From: Myxine glutinosa
Taxonomy: Eukaryota
Length of the DNA stretch: 64,000 bases
NCBI RefSeq assembly: GCF_040869285.1
Contig: NC_090432.1
Reading direction: 5' to 3' (one strand)
Shown: one piece after another, positions 35,290-48,039 of the stretch
How the letters are laid out: the number at the start of each line of letters is the position of its first letter
How positions within the stretch are numbered: position 1 is the first letter of the stretch
Position numbers and translations under genes: made by a program
The notes under the pieces: generated by a model
The model's input: the letters and a program-made list of their open reading frames with translations, nothing else
Database searches by the model: none
What the model was told of the DNA's origin: nothing

Positions 35290-36730
35290 TATATATATAT
35301 ATCGAGAGATCGAGAGATCGAGAGATCGAGAGTATGACATTTGTCTGGATTGAAACACATATTCCAGGTGTTTGACCAGTTTGTGATATTTTTATGGTCT
35401 GAAGAGAGGGAAGAGGCTGCTGCCTGCCTGTCTGAAGGATGAGGGATGTCATTGCACAGGGTGGAACCATCAGAAAATAGATAAAGGGGGTTTTCCAGAG
35501 AGTCAGAGAGATCATTGATGAAGATCAGGGAAAGGAATGGGCCGAGAACACCGTCTTGGGGCATTCCACCCTTGACAGGGAGAGGAGATAAAAGGATTCC
35601 GTCAAGTGCCGCACATTGGCTATGAGAGTAGAGGACATCAGCAAACCATTGTGGAATTGGCCTTGGATTCCATAGGCAGACAGTTTGGAGGGTAAGACAG
35701 AATGCCAGACTCTATCAGAAACATGAGATATATCCAGAGAGATGCCCCTGATCTCATGTTTGACATTGAGGGCTTGTTGGGTAAGTAGAAGCAGCATGTC
35801 CAAGGTGGAGTGACCTGGTCTGAAACCAAATTGGTGATTTGGGATGAGGTTGTTGGAGAAAAGGAAGGATTTCATATTAACTACTCTGATGGATTCCATG
35901 ACCTTGCTGATGATTGTAAGAAAGCTGATCAGTTTTCCTCTTTTCTTAATGTAGTGCAGAGATGTTTGCAGATTTACAAGCAGATGGAAGATTACCTGGT
36001 ACAAATAACAGGGTGTAAAGGGCAGAGAGAGGAAGTGCAAGAGCAACAGAGCAGGTTTTTAGGACATGTGAGGTGATACCGTCCAGTTCAGTATCAGAAT
36101 CGTAGTCGAGGGTTGAAATAACGTTCTCGGGTACAAAAGACAGAGTCTGGGAGCGGTTGTGTGTGATTGGGTGGAGTGGGTACCGAGAGAGGGGGGATAG
36201 GACACAAGATTTGAAAGCAAAAAAATTGAGGCATTCGGCCTTCTCACAAGTTGTCAGCTGTGGTGCCATTTAAAGAGAGGGAAGGGATGGAAGGAGAGCA
36301 TGCATCAGAGACAGACTCAACAAAGTGCCAACAGGATTTAGAGGGGGGAGATAAATGTGAAAGTTAATCCTTGAGGTTGGATTGATGTTTTCTGGCTCTC
36401 TTGAGAGTGGACTCGCTTATTGTGGATTTTTGGAATGCACTGAGATTGCTTTCGGTCAGATTTGCCTTCCAGGAAGAGAAGACAAGTTGTTTCAGAGCAA
36501 CTACTTCATTACTGGATTCAGTGTACCATGGGCAGGAAGAAGGGTAGGATAATTGAAGACAGATGGGGTGATTCTGTGCATGAGAGAGAGCAGGATTTTG
36601 TGGAAGAATTCCCAAGCTGAATTAATGTCAGGGGCAATAGATATGGGAGACCAGTCCTGAAGAGATGCCTCCTTGCAGTCAATCAAGTTGAGATGAGTGG
36701 TTAAAAGTTTGTCCATGTTGTCTGAGACAG
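34425..36730 (-). mobile_element. Older, diverged CR1-clade copy. It is frameshifted, carries a (GA)n/(AT)n microsatellite inserted at 35261-35345, and the T-run of its tail is at 34416-34424.
   Basis: Minus-strand ORFs contain QFGFRPGHSTLDMLLLLTQQ, SLDISHVSDRVWH, VLGPFLSLIFINDLSDSLENPLYLFSDGSTLC and NTWNMCFNPDKCHTL. The 3' tail is cgaggctcatggaagagctag. Confidence 0.75.
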
Positions 36731-37994
36731 ATGTAGATGTAGATAGAGTTGTCTCTGTTGGGAGGATGGTTCAACACAGATGAAAAAGAGGTTATTCACA
36801 GGTGTGGTGAGAGAGACATTGATTGAGAAGGATAGGAAGAGAAAGAAAGACAGAGGATTTAGATTGGGAAGAATCACAAAGGGTTTCAAATCTTCCACTC
36901 AAACACAACACATTTTCTTTTCCATGACTGATGGGAGGAGTGATTTAGCAAAACCTCACACAGCTGACACACCAGAAATGGTTGCAGGAGTTGACGCGTG
37001 CTGAGGGAAAACCGTCGCATTACGCTGGACGAAGTGATCTCCGAATTGAACATTAGCAAAAATTGACAAAACCCAGGCCCCAAAAATCAAACAAACCCCG
37101 TATTTATAACAGCCCTCATATCTATAACAGGCCGTGATCAGTTGAATGTGAGCCCCTCTCTGCTGAATACAGCGATACATGTTTTTACCGGTTCCAGGTC
37201 ATGTTTTTGGTCGAGTGCGGGCTATTCTGGTGATGCAATGCCCTCTATAGGTTAGGGCGGAATTATTTTATTGTTTTAGGCCTGATTTCAACCCATTAAT
37301 GAGCATAGATTTTGATGCGGTCAGTGCACCTTCGTTCGGCATCAGACAAAATATGTGGCCAAGTTTCATCAAAATCGTGTTTGGTTCAAGCGACATTGAC
37401 AAGTATTTAGACTCACTGACTGACTGACTTACCTGCGGGAGACTGCTCGATCGCATAAGCTCACCGTGCTAGAGTCCAGGTGAGTTAAAAATGCCAAGTT
37501 CCATGCATTTGTTTTCTGTTGAGCTAAACTATCAGCAATCATCTGTTCACGTGATAATTTATTTTCAAGTGCCCCTTTATACCGTCAGCAATCAGGTAGC
37601 CGACCCCACACTAAAGTGGGAAATAATTGGGGGCTTTAAAGGTTTAGTCGTGGTTGTGTATTCGGCGTGTGGTTGTCGTGTATTAAGACATGCATGACAC
37701 AATTTGTGATCTATTGTTTATTATCGAAATTTGAAATAACAGTTTTCATTTTAATAAAATCTTTCTATCTTAATATTGTTCTTCACTGAAAGCCTTTTCT
37801 CAATTCCAAAATGTACATAAACCATTTTACTCTTCACTTCCTTCATTTGGTTTGTAGATTCTTGCCTTCCTGCTCCAATCACTAATCCAATTGTCAGAAT
37901 CTCAATCTTCTGCGCTTACTTGCTGAGTTGCTCTTCATCTTTGCCTTTCTCTTTCTTTTTTCCCTCTCACAACTCTTAAGCTCAACTCTCTCTA

Positions 37995-39800
37995 TCTTAC
38001 ATATACGTATAGTGGGGTGGCTTAGCCCAAATATTCAAAAGAATTGTGCATTTTGTGATACAAGCACCAGATTTGGCACAAATGTACATTAATATGTTGC
38101 GAACATTTTCAGATATTGGGCCACTTGAAATTCTCTCTTTATGTCCGCCATATTGGATTTCAAAATGGCCGCCACTTGAAATCTACATTTGCTATTATCT
38201 CTGGACGTAATGCAGCTATTGACTTGATTCTGGTATCTAAATGTATGTTTTTGGGGGCAAGGAATCCAATGGTACCAATTTCAACTTAATATTATCTATC
38301 ATAGTCTGTTATATAATTTTATTTGGAAATTATCTAGGCAAATATTGGATTCAACACAATACTTTGAAAAGAATGTCTTAGTTCTGTAAATGTCTTAGGT
38401 ATAATACTGACATGCTACATGGTCTAGTATTTGAGGCTAGGTGTACTGGTATCTGAGGCTAGGTATATACCGGTACTGAAGATACGTGTACATAAACAGT
38501 GTCATGTTAACAAGTTCAGCATTGCCACAAGTACATGTATGTTGTTGACTCATCGTCATGTGCAGTCCCCTTCACACACACAGAGGGCTGTGCACTGAAG
38601 GGCAGCCTTTTTGCACTTGCAAGAAACCAGCTCAATGCAGCTGTGAGCTGCCTCAGTTAGCCTGGTCCAGTAAGGTGTGTACTGTCCTTCTCCAGTCCTT
38701 GACAGTTCAGGTGTTCCACAGCATTCTTCACGACGTCCATTGAGTGCCGGATCATGGCCACTGTGTGGGCACTCTCCAGGAAGAGTGGAAGCAGCGACGT
38801 GGGGCAGATGACTCGAGCATCTGGTGGCTGTCGGCTGGCATGAAATGCAGCCCAAGATGTGTTGTCATTGTCCACTGTACCAGTGTTGTCTTCCAGGACT
38901 CGCTTTGCATTGCCTAGCCATTGGTATTCTTCATCAGTCTGCTGTTTGAAGTCTCCTCTGGTCAATGACGCCACTTTAGCAGCTGGGACAGGCGACTTCT
39001 TGATGCTGCTAGTGACAGGGGGTACATCAGTGTAGTAGTGCGGCAAGGGGGCGACTGTCTTGGACCGTGCATCCCCAGATCCTCCAACAATGACGATACT
39101 CTGATCCACTCCTTCACCAGTGTAAGAAGGATGTTGTATGAGGGAGATAGCGGTACCATGGAAGGAGTCCTTTGATGTTGTTGCACTGGGGTTGTGATCT
39201 ATGTTGTCTACAGCGGCAGTACACGTTACTACACGGCAGTACACTACACGGCAGTACACTACAACGTACACGTTTATGTACACGTATTATGTACACTGTT
39301 TATGTACACGTATCTTCAGTACCGATATATACCTAGCCTCAGATACCAGTACACCTAGCCTCAAATACTAGACCATGTAGCATGTCAGTATTATACCTTA
39401 GACATTTACAGAACTAAGACATTATTTTCAAAGTATTGTGTTGAATCCAATATTTGCCTAGATAATTTCCAAATAAAATTATATAACAGACTGTGATAGA
39501 TAATATTAAGTTGAAATTGGTACCATTGGATTCCTTGCCCCCAAAAACATACATTTAGATACCAGAATCAAGTCAATAGCTGCATTACGTCCAGAGATAA
39601 TAGCAAATGTAGATTTCAAGTGGCGGCCATTTTGAAATCCAATATGGCGGACATAAAGAGAGAATTTCAAGTGGCCCAATATCTGAAAATGTTCGCAACA
39701 TATTAATGTACATTTGTGCCAAATTTGGTGCTTGTATCACAAAATGCACAATTCTTTTGAATATTTGGGCTAAGCCGCCCCACTAAACAGGTTTGCTATG
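37995..39800. mobile_element. DNA-transposon-like element with about 510-bp near-perfect terminal inverted repeats (37995-38508 and 39290-39800). Its 780-bp core holds degenerate ORFs and a 17-bp tandem repeat (ctacacggcagtacact) at 39221-39270.
   Basis: The reverse complement of 39290-39800 matches 37995-38508 almost base for base, with termini TAGTGGGG(T/C)GGCTTAGCCC. The arms contain an AAAATGGCCGCC / CCATATTGGA motif. The core ORFs (208 aa and a Cys-rich 99 aa, minus strand) have no recognisable catalytic motifs. Confidence 0.7.
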
Positions 39801-40445
39801 CTGCTACACTAGTACAAGTTTTGCTCTTTGCTTCTTTAAACATTACACTGTCTTTTTCCGTTTCCAATCTGCTGGCCTTTATTCCTCCACCCTTTTCCTC
39901 TTCGTCTCTTTTCGCTACCACCTCTAGCTCCAACCCCTGAACTCTCCCCTTCACTAAACTTTCTTCCTGCAAAAGATCTTTGTTTTTTGCTGCCATGTAC
40001 TTCCACCTTTCCATCTACTCTTCTACTCTTCCCACTTGTTTGTGGTACCCTTTTCTTCCTTTTCCTACTCGCATCATCGATTTGCCCAGGTGAATCGTCT
40101 TTGTTCCCCTCTGACCATTCCAGGATGGGTGGGATCTCTTCACCCTCAGTCGGGAATGCTTGTGAACTGTTCACCACTTGCTGAGAAATCCTCTACAAAT
40201 ACAAACACAAACATGCATCATGAGGTTCTCAATTGTAGAAAATAAGCACAGTGAAACAGTATTCATTATTCATGAGATACTTCATTGATATTTGGGTACA
40301 GTGTAGACGGGCAACTGTCATGCTTTTTTTTTAAACCAAAGGGCATAAAGATTATTGAATCCCTTGCTAACACCTTTAGATTTTCCATGTTGTACTCGAT
40401 ATCCACATACTGTAAGATAAAAGGAACGTTTTCTCATCAGTGAAT

Positions 40446-40560
40446 TTTTTTTTTTAATGTAAAAACAGAATCGAGGCTCGTGTAAGAGCTCATCAATGGA
40501 ACAACGCTTTCTCTTTATGAGAAAACATGCTACACTATCCAGCATGTGCAGTTGATCCAC
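40446..40560 (-). mobile_element. CR1-clade tail-only fragment (T-run plus cagaatcgaggctcgtgtaagagctcatcaatgg)
   Basis: Matches the conserved 3' tail of the family. Confidence 0.6.
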
Positions 40561-41019
40561 ATTTCCCCCTGGAACAAACGTTACATTTCACTAAATGTGT
40601 GAAACAAGCAGCTACGATCTAATCTGAATGCCTTCAGAAAGTATTCATACCCCTTGCCCTTTTTCATATTTTGTTGTTACAGCCTGAAATGAAAATAGCT
40701 TTAATTGAGATTTTTTTTCATCACCAATCTACACAAAATAACCCACAATGACAAAGTGAAAACGTGTTTTTAGAAAATTTTACATATTCATTGAAAGCGA
40801 AATACAGAAATATCTAATTTACATAATTATTCAGCCCCCTGCGTCAATACTTCGTAGAAGCGCCTTTGTCAGCGATTACAGCTTGGAGCCTTGTTGGCTA
40901 TGTGTGTATCAGATTTGCACATCTGGATTTGGAGAGTTTCTCCCATTCTTCGTTGCAGTTTTGCTGAAGCTGTTAAGTTGGATGGAGAGCGTCAGTTAAC
41001 AGGAAATTGTTTTTAAATT

Positions 41020-41078
41020 TTTTTTTTTTTGTATACAAGATCGAGGCTCATGTAAGAGCTAACACTAATGACAAAACA
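41020..41078 (-). mobile_element. CR1-clade tail-only fragment (T11 plus gtatacaagatcgaggctcatgtaagagctaacactaatgac), abutting the second copy of the 22190 repeat
   Basis: Matches the conserved 3' tail of the family. Confidence 0.6.
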
Positions 41079-41099
41079 AACGGATATCAAACCACCTGA

Positions 41100-42060
41100 G
41101 TTTTGTCAATTGTTGTTATTATATACTTGTAGGATTTTTGTTTCAGATAATATTGTTAAGATTTTTGTGTGAAATGGAGATGACAATGAGATGTGTGAAA
41201 TGGATGATGTAAAAGGTAAAAATAAATATTTGTGAAGGAAAAAGGAAAACGTGGCAAAGAGACCGGAAGAAGAGAGATGGATATAGGCAGAGAGAGGAGG
41301 AGAGAGCTGAGTCATGTCGAGGCTGCGAGAAGACTTGTTTTTATATATTGGTCGCGAATGAGTTGAGGTTTCCTGTGAAAGGGATTGTTTGCGACATCGT
41401 CCTATATTGTGAGTGCAATTACACCTGCGTCTCAGGTTTTATCACCAAGTGTGAGTCATCGTTGGACAAATCAAGCGCCTCCATTACCGGCCTACATGCC
41501 ATTTTGTCCTCGAAGAAGAAGAGGCTGTCCGCTTGGTGCATCTTGTTTTGCCGTTGGGATTTCCATATCGACCTCATCGTGTTGATTGCCGTTGGTTTAC
41601 ATATCGGCTCAATTCCCATAATCGACCTTTCACCTCGTAACTCCTCATCCACAGCCGCCCCAATACCTGCCTGTTGTTTTGCCGTTCTGCACGACCTCGA
41701 CCTTCACCCTGTGTGGGGATCCGTGCCTGGACTTTGGGGAATGTTACATTCTACTCACGGTTGGCGTATCGTGAGTTCATTGCTTTGAGAGCATTGTGGA
41801 ATGATGGTACCATCATATGTATTGTTCATTTGATGCAAGTGACATTTTCATGGTACTTTCTTTAATAGTGTTATTATTCTGTTTGTGAGAGTTATTAATG
41901 CAATTACTTGTTTTGTTCTACAATTGCCTTGGTGTGGTTTTACCATGGTTTATTAGAACACGCAAAATATCAAATCTTTCTGCCGTGTTCCCGCTCCAGA
42001 CTCGGAGGTGCACCGTAACCGGGGTTTGAGGAGGTAATACGCAACACATGAAGGACTATC
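41100..42060. mobile_element. Interspersed repeat, copy 2, paralogue of 22190-23590 without the RTE insertion
   Basis: Collinear alignment with copy 1. ORFs 41348..41788 and 41674..41865 parallel 22435..22875. Confidence 0.6.
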
Positions 42061-44079
42061 TCTCTCACTCTCTCAACATTAATCTCAATACAAAAGAGTC
42101 ATTCTACATCCTTAGGCTGGTTAAAAAAAAATTCTTGTTTATCATCGCCGCCCGCCCCATAAAAGTAGCCCGCCCATAAAAAAAGAATTTTTTTTTTTTT
42201 TCCCTCACGAAGTCAGTACCATTCCCGCTCAGTGGAAAACAGGTTCGAATTTTGTATGTGCTCGCGTACAAAGCCAAGTCTTTGTGTATGTGCTCGCGTA
42301 CAAAGCCAAGTCTTTGTGTATGTGCTCGTGTACAAAGCCAAGTCTGAGCCAAGTTACATGTGCGCGACAGTTTGAAAGAAAATGGCGTTCGTTGTTTGCC
42401 AAATTCGGCGAACGTGCAGTGTTCTAAAGGCCTGGGTTGGTGTCAAAGTGCCAGAAAATATCACTGGACGAACTGTATTATGAGCTCGTGTCAGGAACGC
42501 TTGATGGTAAGAAATATAACCGTTTTAATGTACGTTGTTGTTGTTGTTGTTGTTGTTGAATGTTTTTGTGTGCGGGTTTTCCCCCTCGCTCGCTATTTAC
42601 ATGGACCGCTATGAAGACCGCTATGCTGGCTATGAAGATGTGTGCTATTTCTGTGGCTGTGTTGAGGAGCTGAGTACCACAGATGAGTCATATCCGATAT
42701 GCAGTACCTGCGGTAAGACTCTAAGACTAAGAGTCCTACTGCCGAGAAGAGGCCCACTCGGAAGTTCAAGAAGTAGTTGCAGTTGGTATTCTGAAGGAGA
42801 AGCCAAATATCATCGGCAAACGGGAGAGCCTCACGTGATAATTATTGCTGTGGATTTCTCGTCAAAAATGAAACGAGCGCTACCACTACATGTAGTAGGT
42901 GATGATAGATACATGAATAAACGGCAACCAACATTCTCTTGGTGTTGAACTCTACTCAACATGTACGAGTGCTATAATAGCAGTAGCTGCTGATTGATAG
43001 GTGTATAAACACGAATGTGGAACGCTGGTCAGTAGCTGCTGATAGATAGACATATAAACGTGAATCAGACATTCTTTTGATGTGGTTTATGTCCTCTTCC
43101 ATGTTTACCAAACTGCTCAATATGCACGTACCGGTACCATGAAGTGATATTTCGTGGCGAGGAATTCTCGTCAAATATGTATGAATGCTATATGGCAATA
43201 GCTGCTGATAGATACATGTATGGCAACCGGACATTATTCTTAAAAGCCGAAGTTTTGGTCGACCATTGTTATATGTATCAGCAAATATTAAAAGTAAACG
43301 GAACTCAATGTGACATAGGTTTCTTTATTTTCTTTATTTGAATCGTATCAGTGCGTACTTACGAAGGTTTACTAGTTTAGAAATCAGAACATGATTCATC
43401 ATGTATGTCCGATCAAGTATATTTAAGAAAAAAACATATTGTGCGTTGAATAATCCATTAAAATTTCACTCTGAAAAAAAAAAAAAAAAAAAAAAACCTC
43501 CCGCCCTACCCACTTTTTTGAAAAAAAGTGATGATAAACAGGAAAAAAATTTTTTACCAGCCTTACCACGAATGGAGCAATGTTAAAACCTGAATTACAT
43601 CAAAATCCCAAACCCTGAATGTAACAATAGTGATGTTTAAAAAAATATGTTAGTTAAATATTTTTGCTTTGAAATCCACGACGTTGATCCTTGCCATGTA
43701 TTTTCTATCGAACCTCGGTGTAATCAGTAAAGACCTAAGTTGGATAGAATGAGCTGTGTCTGTACCTCTTCTATCAGAGTCGTCTCACATGTTATACTAT
43801 TCATCCACCTCGTTAACTGCCTCTTCTTTTCTTCTCCACCTTCCTCTAAAATGTACTCCAAGAATCCTGGATCAATCTCCTGCTCCACCTGTTCAGCAAA
43901 GGAAAGTATAGACAGTGACATGGCTGTATTTTGTCCACAAGCAAACTAGGCCTTTGTAGAAAGAAGCTTATTTAACATTGCAATTTTGTAAGGAAAGAGG
44001 TTGGACAAAAAACAAATTGGAACCATTCATTGTATTAAAGAACGATAATGCTGAAGTGCAAATGCACACAAGCTGTGTA

Positions 44080-45030
44080 GTGCAGTATATAATCTTAGTT
44101 TTACAGTTTCATACATAATTGGAAGAACCAAACCTTATTAGGTCGATAAATAGAATAGCTGGTAGCATGGAAGAGCATAACTTGGCAACGGATGTATGAA
44201 TGATATTGGTGAGATGGGAAAAATGAGTACAGGGTGTTTTACGCAACATCTTTGACAAACCCCACAGAAAAAAAATCAAGGGGGGTTATGCCTGGTGATT
44301 ATGGGGGCCAGGCAGTTGGTGTGTCTCGGACAATCCAGCGACCTGGAAATTTTTCATTTAGGACGGCTCGAACGACTACGGGCCAATGAAGGGGAGCACC
44401 GTCCTGTTGAAAATTGACATCTGATTGCAAGTCTTCAATCTGTGGGAAGGCGAACCCTTCCAACAGGTTCATGTAAATTATTGAGGTCACTGTATCCTCC
44501 GCAAAGAAAAACAGACCCACCAAGTGGTCATGGAGAAGGCCACACCACACATTGACCTTTGCACTGGCGCATATGTGTTCAATGACCACGTTGGGATTTT
44601 CAGAGGCCCAGATCCTCACATTGTGCTGGTTGACCTTCCCCGATACATGAAATCAAGCTTCATCTGTGAACATGACCTTTTTCAGGTAATCTTCGTCATC
44701 CTCTATGTGACTGAGCATTTCCAAGGCAAACGCCTTGTGTTTGTATCCGTCATTTGGTTTGAGTTCTTGCAGAATCTGTACCTCATAGGCATAAAGCTTC
44801 AGTCTTTTATACAAAATCCTGTGTACAGTGGTGGTTGGTAGTCCCAGTTCTCTAGATGTGTGTCCGATTGATTTTCTGGGACTTTGTTGAAATGATTGAT
44901 GCACTAGTTCAACGTTAAACATCTGTTGCACTTGTGCCTGGTCGACCTGTACTTTTCTGTTTCTGAAAACTTCCGTTCTCCTTAAACCTTTTGTACCACT
45001 TTTAATACTCATCCATGATGGGGGATTCCT
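44080..45030 (-). mobile_element. Degenerate Tc1/mariner-superfamily transposon. The transposase is split by frameshifts into an N-terminal 119-aa HTH part (44653..45012) and a C-terminal 106-aa part (44299..44619) with FQQDGAPLHW...WPP(RSPDL...DFFLWGFVKD).
   Basis: The N-terminal ...VMFTDEA and C-terminal NVWCGLL...FQQDGAP.H...FPGRWI...WPP motifs are typical of Tc1/mariner transposases. The homology continues past the stop in another frame (LIFFSVGFVKDV). Confidence 0.65.
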
Positions 45031-45104
45031 TCCATACCTTGTACAGAAATTATACTGAACTTGCCTGCCGGATCTCGTCTTGATGAACCATTTGACGCAC
45101 TGAT

Positions 45105-45606
45105 CTGGTGAAACTGCCAGACCTCTTCTGGTGAAACTGCCAAAATCAAGACTCTCTGTTCACCTTCACTCCTTCATTCCTCTTTTCTCCCGCCTCTGGA
45201 ACAAACTCCCCCACTCTCTTCAATCCCACTCCTCCCTCCAGGTCTTTAAAACAGCTGTTCACCACCATCTCTTATCTTCCCCCATCCAAAACCTTGATCT
45301 TTTCTACCCCCGTTAATTCACTCCAGATCCACTTTTTTTGAAATTCCGACTTCTTTCCTGGAAGTCCTAGCAGTGTCAGTGTTTTGTACCTCTCCCACCC
45401 CCATTCCCATGCCTCCTCCCCCCAAGCCCTCTCCCTCCCACAGATCTCCCGATGTCCCTGTTCTCTGCTGTTGTACTTGTGTGCTTCCCCATCTCTCCCC
45501 ATCTTGTCTCCCGCTCCCTTTTTTGTATGTTTTGTGTGTCTGTTTTTTTTTTGTGATTGATGTTAGCTCTTACACGAGCCTCGATCTTGTATACAAAAAA
45601 AAAAAT
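45105..45606 (+). mobile_element. CR1-clade 3' fragment (last 61 codons, 3'UTR and A12 tail)
   Basis: ORF 45131..45316, MKLPKSRLSVHLHSFIPLFSRLWNKLPHSLQSHSSLQVFKTAVHHHLLSSPIQNLDLFYPR, is identical to the copy 1 C-terminus. The tail cacgagcctcgatcttgtatac(A)12 is present. Confidence 0.85.
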
Positions 45607-45759
45607 CCCCGTTTTTCCCCCTTTCATCCCCAACCCATCTCTGATCCATATTTTCCCAAGCCCCCATCCCTCTTCACTTCATTTTCACAATTATTAGTCC
45701 CCGTTGGATAGTCCGAAACGGAGGCTTATGGATTGGAGCTCGTCCGTGCGTGGGTCTGT

Positions 45760-46070
45760 CCGCAACCATATCTCGGACATGGATGGACCGATTGAGTTCA
45801 TCCTTGGCAAAAAGACGATACATGGTGTACATATGCACATCATTTTGTTTCACTTGATGTGATCAAAGACGGCCAACTGGCGGCCATTTTAGTTGTAAAA
45901 AAACCCGATGTTGAACACGTCCTCAACCCTTTCTCGGACATGTATTTACTGATTTTATTCAAACTTTGCACACAGATAATGAATTAATGGCTTACATATG
46001 CACCTCATTCTTTTTTGAGATCAGATCCAATATGGCCGACTGGCGGCGAAAGGTGTTAACTAACTTTCAA
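45760..46070. repeat. Tandem duplication of about 150 bp (2 units) containing CTGGCGGCCATTTT / ATATGGCCGACTGGCGGCG motifs
   Basis: The blocks 'tctcggacatg...catatgcac.tcatt...gatc...ggccaactggcggccatttt' and 'tctcggacatg...catatgcacctcattctttt...atccaatatggccgactggcggcg' repeat. Confidence 0.5.
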
Positions 46071-46224
46071 ACACGGATGGCAGATGACTTTGGGCATACA
46101 TGGAGTAAATAGAGCAGAATGTTTGTGAGGTACATATTTATCTTTTATTTTAACCCATCATCAAGCGACGAATAAATATGCCTTGTCTATTATGAACCTG
46201 AAAGGGTGGAAGAGTCAGGATGCA

Positions 46225-46350
<126 letters not shown>

Positions 46351-46817
46351 ATTCACACAATCACCGACACACATTTTGATCACAATAGCCTCCCCATTCC
46401 TTCGGGAAAAAATGGTATTGGTGTCAAAACCGGTGACCAATTGCACATTAATAGTACGAGGATGTTGGAGCTCTGATTAATTTGATCTGTTCAAACTGCA
46501 CAGAAGCAGGTGATGACCTTCTAATTGAGGTTACATTGAAAAATAATGAAGATTCTCATTCACGGATTTAGTCTCATCTTTTGCCCGGCACATACAAAAA
46601 CAGGTAAACCTCCAACCAGCCTTACACTTTCCTCCTCATCTAATCAACAGGTACATCATAATATGCGGATGGATAAATAAATCATGGATAACCCTGAGAA
46701 TATCAACATTTAAACTGTGGCTTTATTTATTATTTATTAGTCAGCCGTTTTCCCCTCAAAGAAACAACAAAGGGGTTGAGGGGGGGGGTGGGGTGGGGAG
46801 GGTGAACCAGAACTTAC

Positions 46818-47074
46818 CTGATTTAAGGAATCTTCACTGCATAGTTTGTCCACGTACGCCATCAAATCCTTGTCCGATTCCATTGTTTGTCTTACTTGTT
46901 GCTTTTCCTCGGCCCCCTCGTCCTTTTCTAATACCTTTTTGCATTTTCCACCTTTTTCTCGTGTGTCCGTAACCTTGACGTATTCCTTCGCAGCCATATC
47001 AAACAGTTTTTGTCTTTCTTCGGTTCTGCATTGCTGGTTCAATCTGAATGACTCAAGTTCTATTGCATCCTTCC
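46818..47074 (-). CDS. Candidate internal exon of an unidentified minus-strand gene: 85 codons, KDAIELESFRLNQQCRTEERQKLFDMAAKEYVKVTDTREKGGKCKKVLEKDEGAEEKQQVRQTMESDKDLMAYVDKLCSEDSLNQ
   Basis: On the minus strand a strong acceptor, tattatctcttgcag|GG, and a consensus donor, AATCAG|GTAAGT, bound an open 257-nt frame. (GT)n microsatellites flank it. I recognise no homology. Confidence 0.3.
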
Positions 47075-47162
47075 CTGCAAGAGATAATATATCAATCAGA
47101 ATGTTCAAATACTCCATAAATCAAACTTACATGCACATTTGTGTTCATGGGAAGCCAAACTG

Positions 47163-47265
<103 letters not shown>

Positions 47266-48039
47266 CCATTCTAAGCAGGATCCAGTGCGACCAAACATTG
47301 CATGGCCTCCTCTTTCATCCAGAGTAAGGTCAAGGGCTATGTTTGGATACAAAAAAATTTGACCCCAGATGAAACCAGATAATTGGCCTTCAGGCCTGAT
47401 CGGGTCTTGTGCTTATACACTGCGTGGGGGGTTTTTTTTTCCCTGAGAGATCGAGTAATATGTGTTATGAAGATCGTATGTTGAGGTTGTAGTGATTTGT
47501 TATCAACAACGCATTTAATTACCATAGTGTTTAATTGCATTTCTCCAGGCAATGGCAGGTACTTTAGCTAATTTGCAATAAAAACAGCCAACAAAGCATG
47601 AAAATAATCGACATACATATATGCAGGATATTTGAAAACTCACATTGTCGTTTATTAATATATTTCAATGAAATGTTTGTGTAAATGATAATGAAATGGA
47701 AAATCAAAATTCCCACCTTGAGCTTTTGAAATTGAAGTCTCACATCCACATCTTTGCTTTTCAAGATGAACATACCTGGCAGATACACATAAAGCTTCTT
47801 ATTGTGGTTCATCATCAAGGAGCAGTTGTGGCTTTGAGCCAACTTCAATCCTGATAGAATTAGCTCAAAGCGCTACATTTTATGCATTCATAGCTTATCC
47901 TCACTCACAGCAGCACTCGGATACAAATTTTGAGTGTATTTAAGCAGTCGACCACAAACTAACATACCCAGAATGCATTTCTTTGAATTATTTGAAGTCT
48001 TATTTTGTAGCCTCGCATTGTCGACGCTGCTTTTTCTTC

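Noticed and set aside
42535-42948. 137-aa ORF with several Cys residues (possible zinc finger?)
   Set aside because: It has no recognisable C2H2, RING or other spacing. It begins in an (L)8 run caused by a (GTT)n repeat, and there are no splice or promoter signals. It was left uncalled.
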